The position numbers and the translations under genes are program-made. A stretch of DNA of 62,694 nucleotides, filler included. It is 4 parts of 4 records of this genome, joined end to end, with 100 filler letters (N's around TTAATTAATTAA, not from the genome) between each part and the next. Parts side by side here need not be neighbours in the genome. Positions count along the whole stretch, not along the records: positions 48,584 to 62,694 come from SRR20825006_1699; 3 more parts are not named here. One strand, 5' to 3'. The stretch's first letter is position 1, and each line of letters begins with the position of its first letter. Below are positions 49,271 through 59,659 of the stretch, in pieces. The notes under the pieces were generated by a model. That model was not told the DNA's origin, made no database searches, and was given only the letters and a program-made list of their open reading frames with translations.

Positions 49271-50461
49271 CTAAAGTACAACATTTGTTTCCTTATCGAA
49301 ACGCTTGTATGAAACAATTACTGCAAGTGTAGCAAATAGTGCCATCACTCCAAAGCTGAGCGCAAGAAGTCCACCATCTAAGGTTCCAGCAATAAGTTCT
49401 TTCGTAGCTAGCACGAGATTCACAACTGGAATACAGGCAGTAACAGCGTTTAGTTCAATTCCCGGGAAGAACCCGACCATCGCAGGAAGGACCATAATAA
49501 TATTTAACGGAGTGATGATACTTTGGGCTTCTTTGAAACTTTTTGCATAAACCGCCACTGGAATCATTACACCCGCGAAGAAAAGCGTAAGGGGGAAGAG
49601 GAGAACGAACAACATCAACACAAACTTTAAGCTTAAAATACTGTGAATAACTTCGAGTAGTTCAGGTTCTTCAACGAGGTTTAACACTTCGATGGAAATG
49701 AATAGACCAACGAGCGCAAATGTCGCTGCTAATAGTCCAGAAAGTACCACAACGCCCATTTTACCAAAAAGTATTTGCCAGCGTGCAACAGGCGTCGTAA
49801 GCAATGTTTCGATGGTTCCTCGCTCTTTTTCTCCTGTAAATAAATCTATGGCAGGGTACATGCAGCCGATAAATCCAAAAGCAATAAATATGTAAGGTAA
49901 CACTCCACCAGCAAGTTTACCGACCATTTCCTTACTGGAAGCAATGTTTGAATACACCGCTTCTATCGGTTTTAGCTCTTGTTCGTTTAAGTTGAGATCA
50001 ATATAGCGCTCTTGTAATGCGATTTTTTCTATCGTTCCTAAGTATGCTTCAGCTCTTTCTTTTACTCCCATGTCTGTTCCGTTGTAATAAACGGTCAACG
50101 GTGCAGGTTTCTTGGAACTCATTATTTCATTAAAGTTCGCAGGAGCAAAAATGGCCAATTGAAGGGTGTCACTTTTTAAATCGGCTTTCATTGAAGCCGT
50201 GTCTGCATATATGATAACGCGCTTTTTACCTAAGCTTTCTGGCATATTTTCCAATTGCTCGCGCACATAATTGTCGTCATTTCCGACAAAACCAATTTTC
50301 ACTTCTTTTTTCGCAGCTTCTTCAGAAAATGAAGCGGAAATAGTCGCGAAAATATTTAAAATAACAGGGAAGATTAAGACAGGAATCACCAACATCATGA
50401 TCAATGTACGTCGGTCGCGAAGTGTATCCTTCAGTTCTTTTTTGAATATCGTAAAAATCAT
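49271..50461 (-). CDS. ABC-2 type permease (NatB-like)
   Basis: IFKKELKDTLRDRRT, GEKERGTIETLL.TPV.R, AKSFKEAQS. Confidence 0.9.
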   Translation of the reverse strand: MIFTIFKKELKDTLRDRRTLIMMLVIPVLIFPVILNIFATISASFSEEAAKKEVKIGFVGNDDNYVREQLENMPESLGKKRVIIYADTASMKADLKSDTLQLAIFAPANFNEIMSSKKPAPLTVYYNGTDMGVKERAEAYLGTIEKIALQERYIDLNLNEQELKPIEAVYSNIASSKEMVGKLAGGVLPYIFIAFGFIGCMYPAIDLFTGEKERGTIETLLTTPVARWQILFGKMGVVVLSGLLAATFALVGLFISIEVLNLVEEPELLEVIHSILSLKFVLMLFVLLFPLTLFFAGVMIPVAVYAKSFKEAQSIITPLNIIMVLPAMVGFFPGIELNAVTACIPVVNLVLATKELIAGTLDGGLLALSFGVMALFATLAVIVSYKRFDKETNVVL

Positions 50462-51234
50462 GATTGAATAGGTGTGTTAGCGTTTACAATTCGAATGAAT
50501 TCTGCAGTGATGTTTTCTGCTTGCATTTGCGTTTTATACTCTTCCATTGTTCCGTTGAACAGCAGATTTCCTTTATGGATAATCGCCATATCATCGCAAA
50601 GTAAATCGACTTCGCTCATAATGTGAGATGAGAAAATAACTGTCTTACCTTGATTTTTACAATCTCGAATCAAATGAATGATGTTTTCTGCTGTAATCAC
50701 ATCCAAACCACTTGTCGGTTCATCAAAAACAACCACTTCTGGATCGTGAATCATCGTTCTACAAATAGAAACTTTTTGTTTCATACCCGTAGATAATTTT
50801 CCAATGCGTTTTCCTTGAAAATCGTTCATGTCCAAAAGGTCGTACAGCTTTTGCTTCCGCTCTTCAAACTCGTTTTTTGGAATTCCGTATAATTCCGCAA
50901 AGTATTGAATGAGCTCATTAGGCGTCAACCGTGCGTAAAGTCCAGTAGATCCTGTTAAAAAACCTATTTTCTTTCGAGCTTCCTGTGGTTGAGCAATAGC
51001 ATCAATTCCTGCAATTTTTATGCTTCCTGAAGTCGGTTTGAAAATAGTAGAAAGCATTCTCAATGTCGTTGTTTTTCCAGCGCCATTTGGTCCAAGAAGC
51101 GAGAATACACGTCCTGGTTGACAAGTAAAGCTTACGTCGTTTACAGCTAAAGCTTTCTTGTCTTTAGTGTTCAACTCTTTCCGCTGTTGCTTGTTTAGTT
51201 CGAATTCTTTCCGAAGATGTGAGATTTCAATCAT
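50458..51234 (-). CDS. ABC transporter ATP-binding protein (NatA-like)
   Basis: GPNGAGKTT, LSTGMKQK, FDEPTSGLD, SSH. Confidence 0.92.
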   Translation of the reverse strand: MIEISHLRKEFELNKQQRKELNTKDKKALAVNDVSFTCQPGRVFSLLGPNGAGKTTTLRMLSTIFKPTSGSIKIAGIDAIAQPQEARKKIGFLTGSTGLYARLTPNELIQYFAELYGIPKNEFEERKQKLYDLLDMNDFQGKRIGKLSTGMKQKVSICRTMIHDPEVVVFDEPTSGLDVITAENIIHLIRDCKNQGKTVIFSSHIMSEVDLLCDDMAIIHKGNLLFNGTMEEYKTQMQAENITAEFIRIVNANTPIQS

Positions 51235-51314
51235 TTAAAGCGAGTTAAGTAATGATTTTAGTTTGTTCGCCAGGAATTTCTCCTGATATGTCTCGAAAGT
51301 ACTAAATTTAGACA

Positions 51315-51656
51315 ATGGCATACAACGAATATTTACAGGAACGGATCGAATCCATTTTGAATGATAAAAAAGTCGTTTTTGAGGCAAAGAAAATGATGGG
51401 AGGACTGTGCTTTATGGTAGATAGTAAAATGTGTTTGGGGATTATCAAGGATGATTTCATGGCGCGCGTAGGCGAAGAAAATTACGAATCGCTCATCGAA
51501 GTAAAAGGAGCTCGACCAATGGATTTCACAAAACGTCCGATGAAAGGATATATTTATGTTTCTCCAGATGGTGTGGATTATGAGAAGGATTTGGAGTTTT
51601 GGATTGATAAATGCCTAGAATTTAATCCCATGGCGAAATCAAGTAAGAAAAAGTGA
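51315..51656 (+). CDS. TfoX/Sxy N-terminal domain protein
   Basis: KKMMGGLCFMVD.KM, M.RV, MDFT.RPMKGY. Confidence 0.85.
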   Translation: MAYNEYLQERIESILNDKKVVFEAKKMMGGLCFMVDSKMCLGIIKDDFMARVGEENYESLIEVKGARPMDFTKRPMKGYIYVSPDGVDYEKDLEFWIDKCLEFNPMAKSSKKK

Positions 51657-53137
51657 GAACCTGGCTAGACGTTTACTGGAAAAGAATAATCCTCCTCTTG
51701 CTCATTTTTGCAGGATCGGTGGCACTGCGGATGCCAAACCTGAATCGCCCGTTGTCTAAACATCACGAATTTGTCACGGCAGTTTCTTTGCGAATCCTCC
51801 AAGTTTGGGAGCAGGAGGGAGCGGTAAACCTCGGCTTTAATCCAGCGATGAATTATTCAGGTCGGGCCAACAAAGGAATTGATAATCACGCTACTTCGTT
51901 ACATCAGTTGTACGATTCTAATGGGAATTTTTATTATACTTCGCATCCACCTTTTGCATACATTCTTCCGTATGTAACGTTTCAGTTGGTTGGTGCGTCT
52001 GCTACGGTGTTAAATCTTCAGATTTTTCACTTAATTTTTCACTTTTTATCAGCTCTTTTAATTATTTTGATTATCAGGAGCTTAGATGGTAGTCGGAAAA
52101 CGCAAGTCATAGGTTTTTTGATTTATTGCTTTCTACCTGCAACACTTTGGTTTCAATCTAATACGTACATGAGTGATATGCTTGTTCACTTTTTCTTTTT
52201 ATGGGGAATTTTAGGCTTGATAAAAATTAAAAATAATCCTTCGAATCAAGGTTTATTAGTATTGCTCGGTGTGATGTTTTTAATGACATACACTTCTTGG
52301 CTTGCGGTATTTTTTGCCTTTTCTGGAGGAATTTATGCGCTTCTTTACCTTAAAGAGAGTCGTTGGAAAGCTATCTCGGTACTTACAATTGGAACAATCG
52401 GGGGATTGACGCTCATGTGTATTCAATATTCTTCGATTAACGGATTTTCAGCATTTTGGGAGCAATTGATCCAGCGATTTGGGGTTCGTGGAAGTAATTC
52501 AAGTGAAGCAACAGCTGGATTTTTCTCTCAGAAAATGAAAGAGTTGGGATTGATTGGATTTAATTATGCCGCAAATTATGGTTCGTTGGTTGTTTTGTTC
52601 ATTTCCCTGCTGATTCTAAAGGTAAAAGGACACAAGTTGATTGAAAATCCATTGTTCAAATCGTTTGCGCTCATTTCGATTCTTCCGATTTTACTTCTCC
52701 ATATCGTTCTGCTCAATTATTCAGGTCATGATTTCACTTCATTGTATCTAAGCGGATTCATTGCTGTCTTGGTTGCCTTTGTCCTTTCAACGCTTTCCGT
52801 TCGGCAACAGTTTGCGCAAATAGGAATTATCGTCATGCTCGGTTGCTTTATCTATTTCTGGGTAAATCGCCCTGGAGAAATGAGCCAGAATGGTGATTTA
52901 TACAAAGAATTTGCGCTACAAGGAGAATTTATTCATACAAGTGTTTCTGATGATGAAGTTGTATTTTGGATGGGGAAGGAGCTTGATCCAATGACGATCG
53001 TGTATGCGAAGCGAAACGTAGTCGAAGTTTCTGATCTCGCCAAAGCACATGAGTTTCTTGAGAAAAATGGCTTCGATAAAGGAGTAATCATCACTGTGAA
53101 ACCAAGTTTATTGGAGGCAAAAAAAATCGACCGCTAG
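51653..53137 (+). CDS. GT-C fold membrane glycosyltransferase (ArnT/PMT-like)
   Basis: Multi-TM; first-loop HHE, YY.SHPP, SD motif, TSW. Confidence 0.65.
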   Translation: MRTWLDVYWKRIILLLLIFAGSVALRMPNLNRPLSKHHEFVTAVSLRILQVWEQEGAVNLGFNPAMNYSGRANKGIDNHATSLHQLYDSNGNFYYTSHPPFAYILPYVTFQLVGASATVLNLQIFHLIFHFLSALLIILIIRSLDGSRKTQVIGFLIYCFLPATLWFQSNTYMSDMLVHFFFLWGILGLIKIKNNPSNQGLLVLLGVMFLMTYTSWLAVFFAFSGGIYALLYLKESRWKAISVLTIGTIGGLTLMCIQYSSINGFSAFWEQLIQRFGVRGSNSSEATAGFFSQKMKELGLIGFNYAANYGSLVVLFISLLILKVKGHKLIENPLFKSFALISILPILLLHIVLLNYSGHDFTSLYLSGFIAVLVAFVLSTLSVRQQFAQIGIIVMLGCFIYFWVNRPGEMSQNGDLYKEFALQGEFIHTSVSDDEVVFWMGKELDPMTIVYAKRNVVEVSDLAKAHEFLEKNGFDKGVIITVKPSLLEAKKIDR

Positions 53138-53161
53138 AAATAGTTAATTCCAACGGTCGAT
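53119..53161 (-). terminator. Intrinsic terminator for the CxxCH lipoprotein gene
   Basis: Minus strand ATCGACCGTTGGAA...TTCTAGCGGTCGAT followed by a T run. Confidence 0.7.
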
Positions 53162-53183
53162 CCAAAGTGTTTATCCTTTTGTC

Positions 53184-55142
53184 TTAATGCGTCATAACAA
53201 GTGGACGGAATGTGAGTCTTTCGGCAATGGCAATCGCTCCAAGTTTTCCACAAGGTTGATTGAGTAAGTCAATTAAATCCAAACGTCGACGTTCTAAATC
53301 ATTGAATCCACGAAGTGTTGGACTTCCAGTTGGTCTTCCTGCAGGATCACGAACCGTCATGATATTGTTCGCTAGTCCATCAGCATCTACTGGAGCAACT
53401 CCTCCGACAGATCTTCCCGTAATCCCTGTTAAGAATCCTGAAAGACCAGCATCACTTCCAAATGGAGCTGGATCAACATGTGTAAACGAAGTTTGTGTTT
53501 CTCCACCGTGACATCCGCTGCACGTATTGAGAGAGAAAATTTGACGTGCATCATCATTGAAAATTAATTGAGGAGCCGTAGTTGCTGCATCCCAATGATG
53601 TGGGTTGTTTGCGGGCACGTTGATTGGTCCAACAGGTGGGAAATTCGTATGCGCTTTTCCTCCTCTGAAATCTTCTCCAGTTGGAAGTTGGAGCGGAACG
53701 ATATAATTATTTGCAAGAATATCCGGCTCATTGTCGTTGACATACTTCGCAAGAAGCTGAGATTGAGTGGATGTATTTTTATTATTGTATTTCTTTGCAG
53801 GTTCCATTTTAACATCAACGAGTGCCAAGGCTCCAGCAGGATTCAAGTTGAATTCACGCAATTCCCAAGGAGAAGACAGCGCAATTTCATTCGTTCTTAC
53901 TTGATTGATCGAACTTTGGTTGGTCTTTGAAGGATTTGTTCCACAAAGGGTGAATTGATCCGTGATTTTGTGCAAAGCTGTGTTATAGGCTGGACTTCCA
54001 AGTGTCAATGCACTTAAGTCTGCCCATTGCTGCGCGAATGCTTTTACACTTTCACATTTTTGTTTATTAATCCCGTATTCAAAAATCACGTTGAACTCCA
54101 TTGGACTGCATGTGGAAGACATAGCACAGAAAACGAGTCTACCTTCACCTGCATCGCTAAAACCATAACCAGAGTTTCCTCGAAGGTCTAAACGGTTCAC
54201 AATCGCAGTAAGCTTAAACGGAACGCATTTTAACAATAGAGTTCCCGGAGGCGCTCCTGCATTTACACTGTTCACATTCCAAGCATTCATAATGGAAGCA
54301 ATTGATCGACTTGGGACATCGTCACCATTAATTGCATTCCCACCACCAACAGTATGGTTCACTGTCCAGATATTCAACCAATTTTGGATAAATGTTACAG
54401 TAGCTGCATCGGACGCAATGCTTGATGGATTTGGTGAAGCCATTTGTCGCATTAACTCTCCAAACGTCCACGGACCTGTTGGGTTTCCTGTATTAGCACA
54501 TGGATTGAAAGTTCTCGTTGGATCTTCAACTACGCTCGTAGAGGTGATCATTAGCGATTTATTGGATTGAATAGCTGCAATTGGTCCTCTTATTCCCCCT
54601 CTAATGATCTCGATAGGAATTTTAATAGGACGTTTGCTACTTAAATTACTCGCTTTGAAACTCATGATCGCTTTTTGATCAACTTTGCGAATACTTCTAG
54701 CGAAAAAGGATTTCTGATCCTTATTAGCGAGTAGTTCTTTTTGGGACTCTGTTAGATTTTTCTCTAATTCCGCTAAATCTTCTTTCAAGAAAATCGAAAA
54801 ATTTCCATCTCCTTTTACAAGATCGGCACCTTGACCGTCATCTCGAAGAACCATCTTTTCCTTATCGATCTGAATAGCAAGGAATTCCCTCTTTATTTTT
54901 TCTTGATCCTTCCCTGAGAATGTTGCGACTAAACGAACGTTCTCACCGTCTGGAGTTGGCTTATCGAGGAATTCAAGAGTAACGTCAGAAGCAATTGGTG
55001 GGGATTGCTCAAATTCTGGATTGACGTCAATCGCCGCGAAAAGCTTGTTTGTACTTTGGTTGTTGCCGTTGCTGGTTGAATCTTCGCACGAAGCGAGAAA
55101 AACACCCACGGCCATGATGGGTATGATTTTTTTAAAACACAT
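53184..55142 (-). CDS. Large lipoprotein with DDG..D...DG.FS (choice-of-anchor X-like) motif and one CxxCH
   Basis: Lipobox FLAS-C; LRDDGQGADLVKGDGNFS; FSLNTCSGCHGGET. Confidence 0.7.
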   Translation of the reverse strand: MCFKKIIPIMAVGVFLASCEDSTSNGNNQSTNKLFAAIDVNPEFEQSPPIASDVTLEFLDKPTPDGENVRLVATFSGKDQEKIKREFLAIQIDKEKMVLRDDGQGADLVKGDGNFSIFLKEDLAELEKNLTESQKELLANKDQKSFFARSIRKVDQKAIMSFKASNLSSKRPIKIPIEIIRGGIRGPIAAIQSNKSLMITSTSVVEDPTRTFNPCANTGNPTGPWTFGELMRQMASPNPSSIASDAATVTFIQNWLNIWTVNHTVGGGNAINGDDVPSRSIASIMNAWNVNSVNAGAPPGTLLLKCVPFKLTAIVNRLDLRGNSGYGFSDAGEGRLVFCAMSSTCSPMEFNVIFEYGINKQKCESVKAFAQQWADLSALTLGSPAYNTALHKITDQFTLCGTNPSKTNQSSINQVRTNEIALSSPWELREFNLNPAGALALVDVKMEPAKKYNNKNTSTQSQLLAKYVNDNEPDILANNYIVPLQLPTGEDFRGGKAHTNFPPVGPINVPANNPHHWDAATTAPQLIFNDDARQIFSLNTCSGCHGGETQTSFTHVDPAPFGSDAGLSGFLTGITGRSVGGVAPVDADGLANNIMTVRDPAGRPTGSPTLRGFNDLERRRLDLIDLLNQPCGKLGAIAIAERLTFRPLVMTH

Positions 55143-55279
55143 AGTAATTAAGTTAGTTTATACAATTCTGGCTTCTAAACCAGTAAACTAATTTAACACT
55201 TTATTTTCAGATAATCAGCAAGTTAACTCTTCGGGATTTACTATTTTACGTTGCGAACACTCGCACATGAATAAATACG

Positions 55280-56287
55280 TTAGTCGCAGATTCGACCTTT
55301 ATGCGCACCATGACCGTATTTGGCTTCCAAAGACTTCATTTCTTCTAAGAGTTCCGACGACGGCGGAGTGTTTTGTAAGGCGGACAAATCAGGTTGACCA
55401 GCATCTACCCAAGCAGTGTACCAAACCGAGCCAACAGCTGCAATTGCTGCGCGCAATCTTCGTTCAACCATTCCGTTCATTCTACGGTGATATTCTTGTG
55501 AAAACTCCTTTGAATAAACCGAAACCGTTACGTTTCCACGTTGCTCAAAACTGTATTTTTTATCCGTGTCGAATTCCGCAGTGAGCTGTTTTTCAATAGA
55601 TAACACAGAATCAACTGCAATGTGGGAATCATGAACGGCGTCCCAAATAAAACGATTCATGTCCTCGATGTAAGCCGCTTTACCAATAAAATAATCGTAG
55701 GTTTCACTGTTGATTTCAACCAATCGGCTTTCCCATAATCCATGAATGCCTTTTTGATTGGTTAGTTGACCATTATAATTTTCCGTCGTGTGTAATGGAA
55801 CATGGGCATCACCAATATAATGACCAATATCAGCGGAATATTTCAAAATAAGATCGACATTTCTGCTTTCAAAGGCCTTTTGAAGTTTGTACTTCATCAC
55901 CTGAATGTGCCAGGGAACAATTCCATAAGCTTGGAGCGTGTCCTCGGTGAATTTTGCAACCGCGTCATTCCATTTTTCAGGGACGATGCTAAAGACATTT
56001 TGAGCTAAAGTCCCATAGTGATCAATATCGATGTAATGGCGCTGTGCTTCTCCATCAACGGCGTATCTGCGCTTATCAGGATCAACCGCATGCTCCGTTA
56101 AAAATTCAATATGCTCCTTATAAAAACCAAACATTTCGGGAGGAAGCGTAAATGTTGCAATCCTATTGATGCGTTTGTGACCGAAAAAGCCCCATTTTTT
56201 TTGACTCTCCTGACGTTGAGATGCTCCTAAAAGCAAGACAGGAACTGCCAGCAGTAGAAACGTTTTATAGTTTAACCAGTTTTTCAT
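55280..56287 (-). CDS. Zn-dependent phospholipase C / S1-P1 nuclease family protein
   Basis: WGFFGH, PD, HYID, HYIGDAHVPLH, IHGLWE. Confidence 0.88.
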   Translation of the reverse strand: MKNWLNYKTFLLLAVPVLLLGASQRQESQKKWGFFGHKRINRIATFTLPPEMFGFYKEHIEFLTEHAVDPDKRRYAVDGEAQRHYIDIDHYGTLAQNVFSIVPEKWNDAVAKFTEDTLQAYGIVPWHIQVMKYKLQKAFESRNVDLILKYSADIGHYIGDAHVPLHTTENYNGQLTNQKGIHGLWESRLVEINSETYDYFIGKAAYIEDMNRFIWDAVHDSHIAVDSVLSIEKQLTAEFDTDKKYSFEQRGNVTVSVYSKEFSQEYHRRMNGMVERRLRAAIAAVGSVWYTAWVDAGQPDLSALQNTPPSSELLEEMKSLEAKYGHGAHKGRICD

Positions 56288-56984
56288 TTCTTAATATTGG
56301 AATCACTGTCGTTTGGTTGGGAGTTAAACAATACTTAATGTCTTTGTTCAAATTCAAGTTTTTCAATCGTCTTCTGTGCGAACTTGATTTCAAAAATCCC
56401 ATATAGTTATCCTTAGCAGAAAGGTACAAATATTTTGCAGCAATCGAAGAGTCTTCATCCGATGTGAAGTTTCCAGTGTTAAGCAAAGCATCGCAGATTG
56501 CCCCAGCACAAATGGTATCTTCTAGGTTGAACTTATCTTGCCATCCAGAACATAAACAAAGCGTGTTCTTATTCTGTTCGATTAACCAACTAGACAATGC
56601 GTCCAAGTTTAAAAAAGAACCAACAACCACTGTTTCAGCGTCTTTTGCGATGTGAAGTGCTTTTGTTCCATTAGTAGTTGTAAGGACAACTTCCTTTCCT
56701 CTTAATTCTTCCTTCATGTAAGAGTAAGGAGAATTTCCGAAGTCAAAACCTTCTACGATTTGGCCTTTTCTTTCAGCTCCAACCAAATATCCCTTTTCTT
56801 TATACGCAAGCGCTTCCTCAAGAGTAGAAACGGGAATAATGGATTCAATTCCATTTTCAAACGCAGAGCAAATGGCTGATGTTGCGCGCAATACGTCAAT
56901 TACAACAACAATTTCATATTCATTTTTGAAGTACTCATATTCTCCTGGAGTAAAGCAAACTTCAATGTGTTTTCGTAAGTCCAT
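56265..56984 (-). CDS. comB: 2-phosphosulfolactate phosphatase family protein
   Basis: VVIDVLRATS, GAER.G...GFD.GNSP, TTTNGT, LED..CAG. Confidence 0.88.
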   Translation of the reverse strand: MDLRKHIEVCFTPGEYEYFKNEYEIVVVIDVLRATSAICSAFENGIESIIPVSTLEEALAYKEKGYLVGAERKGQIVEGFDFGNSPYSYMKEELRGKEVVLTTTNGTKALHIAKDAETVVVGSFLNLDALSSWLIEQNKNTLCLCSGWQDKFNLEDTICAGAICDALLNTGNFTSDEDSSIAAKYLYLSAKDNYMGFLKSSSHRRRLKNLNLNKDIKYCLTPNQTTVIPILRNEKLVKL

Positions 56985-57291
56985 AAGGAACAAAATTAGC
57001 TAAATGAATCATTATTGAGTCAAGTTGATTCTCAATTTAATTCACAGCGGAAATAAAAGAAGAAAGTTTTCTCGCCGTCATATTAATCAAAATATAATTT
57101 ACAAATAGGAAATAGATCGAGGGAATCGATTTTTTATTTACACGTCAATCGCATAGCTAAACCTTTTAGTAGCTACAAAACCCTTTAGTAAAACGGTTTA
57201 TTGTCTTTTTTTTGTCCCTTGAAAAGAGCAACTTTATGCATTAGTTTAACGTTATTTATCCGTTAAGCAGTGATTAGGTAAATAAACACAA

Positions 57292-59631
57292 ATGATGTTG
57301 CGAAAAAAAAGTGACCTACAAATTCAAAAGGGGATGGAATTAAAGAGAAGAGAGGTGCGGATTTTATTCACAATGATTTCTCTCATATTTATGAGTTCTT
57401 CGATAAATGCACAATGTGTTACGTCAATCAATCTGGGGAACGATACAACTATTTGTAGCGGTACAGGTCTTACTATTTCTGCTCCAGCTGGATTAAATTC
57501 TTATTTGTGGTCAACGAATGCGACCACACCTTCAATTACTGTATATGCTCCAGGAACCTATAGCGTGAATGTTACCAGTTTAGGTGGGAATATTGTTACA
57601 AACGGCAATTTTAGTGCTGGAAATACGGGTTTCACAACAGATTATGCCCCTGGAACGGGCGGTGCATACGGTTTATTATCAACGGAGGGACAATATGCTA
57701 TTTCTACTTCACCGTCTTTAGTTCACAATAATTTTTCATTCTGTGGAGATCATACAACGGGAACTGGGAACATGTTAATTGCAAATGGCTCAAACGTTCC
57801 TAACACAGATGTTTGGTGTCAAACGGTGAACATTATACCAAACACGACTTATGAGTTTTCGGCATGGGTAACAAACGCACTGAATGAAACAAACGTTGCA
57901 AATCTTCAATTTTATGTGAATGGCTCGCCAATTGGATCTATCTTTTCTACACCAACGAATGGCTGTAATTGGCAACAATACAACGACACTTGGAATTCAG
58001 GAGCGTTAACAACAGCGGATATTTGTATTGTAAATCAAAATGTTTCCGTAGGAGGAAATGATTTTGCCTTAGATGATATCGTGTTTAGTCCAATTTGTAC
58101 TGCTACAGATGCTATTGTTGTCAGCGTTGAGACACCTGTTCAAACAACAACATTGGTTGATCCAACATGTGCAGGACTGGCAGATGGAGAAATTCACATT
58201 AATAATGCCAATGCTGTCGAATACAGTTTTGATGGGGGAGTAACTTGGCAAGTAGATTCTTTCGAAGTAGCATTAGCGAATGGAATTTATACAGTATGCT
58301 CACGATCTGCGTTGGGATGTCAAGTATGTCAGAATGTAACGTTAACAAACCCTCCAGGAGTTTTTGTTTCTGTGAGCAACGACACAACGATTTGCGAAAA
58401 TGGAACAGCGAACCTTTCTGCAAGTGCAACAGGCGGAACTACATTTTTATATCACTGGGATTTCACAGCGAACACAGGAGCAAATCAATTCGTTTCTCCG
58501 CTGGCTTATACAGAATATGAGGTGTTCGCGGAAAATGAAAATGGATGTGTTTCATCTCCAGATACGATTAGAGTGAGTTTGCATCCTCCTATTAGCGGTA
58601 CAATTGGTGGACTTTCAACTATTTGTGCTGGAGACAATGTTACAGTAAATGCAACCGCTGCGGGTGGAATTGGTGTGCCGTATACATTTGTTTGGAGCGA
58701 TGGGACTTCCTTTACTGGAACGGGAATGCATTCAATTACAGATGCGCCATCCGATACTATCCTGTATACCGTAACGATCAGTGATGGATGTGAATCATCG
58801 CCTTTAATGCTCGATTGGAAAGTAGATGTTTCTCCGTTGCCCGTTCCTCAATATTCCATTTTGGACGCCAGTATTTGTGAACCTGCGGTATTTGAACTAA
58901 CGAATACAACGAATCCTGCCTTTTCCGATCAAATTCAATGGGTGGTGAATGGAAATCAAATTTTCACAAATCAAGAAACCATTGTGACCTCGCCACTTAA
59001 CGCAGGAAGTTATGATGTAGGAATGACGGTGACTTCAATCTACGGATGCGTTGGAACGGCTTATTTTCCAAGTGCTTTGATTGTGAATCCTAAACCAGTG
59101 GCGTCGTTTAATTATAGTCCAACAAACGTACTGATGTTCAATACGCAAGTGCTATTTAACAATACATCTACTGGGGCAACAACTTATGAATGGAGTTTTC
59201 AAGATGGAGATCCATTAACGTCAACGGAATATAATCCATCCACGATCTTCCCTGACGGATTAACGGGTGAATATGAAGTAATGTTGATTGCAACTACAGA
59301 CGAGGGCTGCAAAGACACGACGATGAACACAGTTGTTGTTTATCCGGAAGTGTTGATTTATGCTCCTAACTCATTTACTCCAGATGGTGACGAACACAAC
59401 CAGGGATGGCAAGTGTACATGGAAGGAATCGATATTTTTGATTTTGAATTGATCATTTACAACCGTTGGGGACAAATTGTCTGGGAGTCTCATGATATCT
59501 CTGTTCCTTGGAATGGTACGTTTGGAAGTGAGGAAGTGAACGAAGGAACGTACATCTGGAAAATACGCACTAAAGATGCGTTAAACGATGCGAGCTACGA
59601 GTTCAAAGGGCACGTAAATGTATTGAGGTAA
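57292..59631 (+). CDS. T9SS cargo with Ig-like/PKD domains and type B C-terminal domain (adhesin-like)
   Basis: LGNDTTIC..YLWS repeats, CBM-like NGNFS..NDFALDDI segment, PKD F.N.S.GA..YEW.F.DG, C-terminal PNSFTPDGD..N...YNRWG...W.G. Start codon uncertain. Confidence 0.85.
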   Translation: MMLRKKSDLQIQKGMELKRREVRILFTMISLIFMSSSINAQCVTSINLGNDTTICSGTGLTISAPAGLNSYLWSTNATTPSITVYAPGTYSVNVTSLGGNIVTNGNFSAGNTGFTTDYAPGTGGAYGLLSTEGQYAISTSPSLVHNNFSFCGDHTTGTGNMLIANGSNVPNTDVWCQTVNIIPNTTYEFSAWVTNALNETNVANLQFYVNGSPIGSIFSTPTNGCNWQQYNDTWNSGALTTADICIVNQNVSVGGNDFALDDIVFSPICTATDAIVVSVETPVQTTTLVDPTCAGLADGEIHINNANAVEYSFDGGVTWQVDSFEVALANGIYTVCSRSALGCQVCQNVTLTNPPGVFVSVSNDTTICENGTANLSASATGGTTFLYHWDFTANTGANQFVSPLAYTEYEVFAENENGCVSSPDTIRVSLHPPISGTIGGLSTICAGDNVTVNATAAGGIGVPYTFVWSDGTSFTGTGMHSITDAPSDTILYTVTISDGCESSPLMLDWKVDVSPLPVPQYSILDASICEPAVFELTNTTNPAFSDQIQWVVNGNQIFTNQETIVTSPLNAGSYDVGMTVTSIYGCVGTAYFPSALIVNPKPVASFNYSPTNVLMFNTQVLFNNTSTGATTYEWSFQDGDPLTSTEYNPSTIFPDGLTGEYEVMLIATTDEGCKDTTMNTVVVYPEVLIYAPNSFTPDGDEHNQGWQVYMEGIDIFDFELIIYNRWGQIVWESHDISVPWNGTFGSEEVNEGTYIWKIRTKDALNDASYEFKGHVNVLR

Positions 59632-59659
59632 AAGACTGCTGTCAAACGGTAGATTTGGT

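Noticed and set aside
57154-57190. Imperfect direct repeat ACC(T/C)TTTAGTA as a LytTR-type site
   Set aside because: The period is 19 nt rather than about 21, there are only two copies, and the context is AT-rich.
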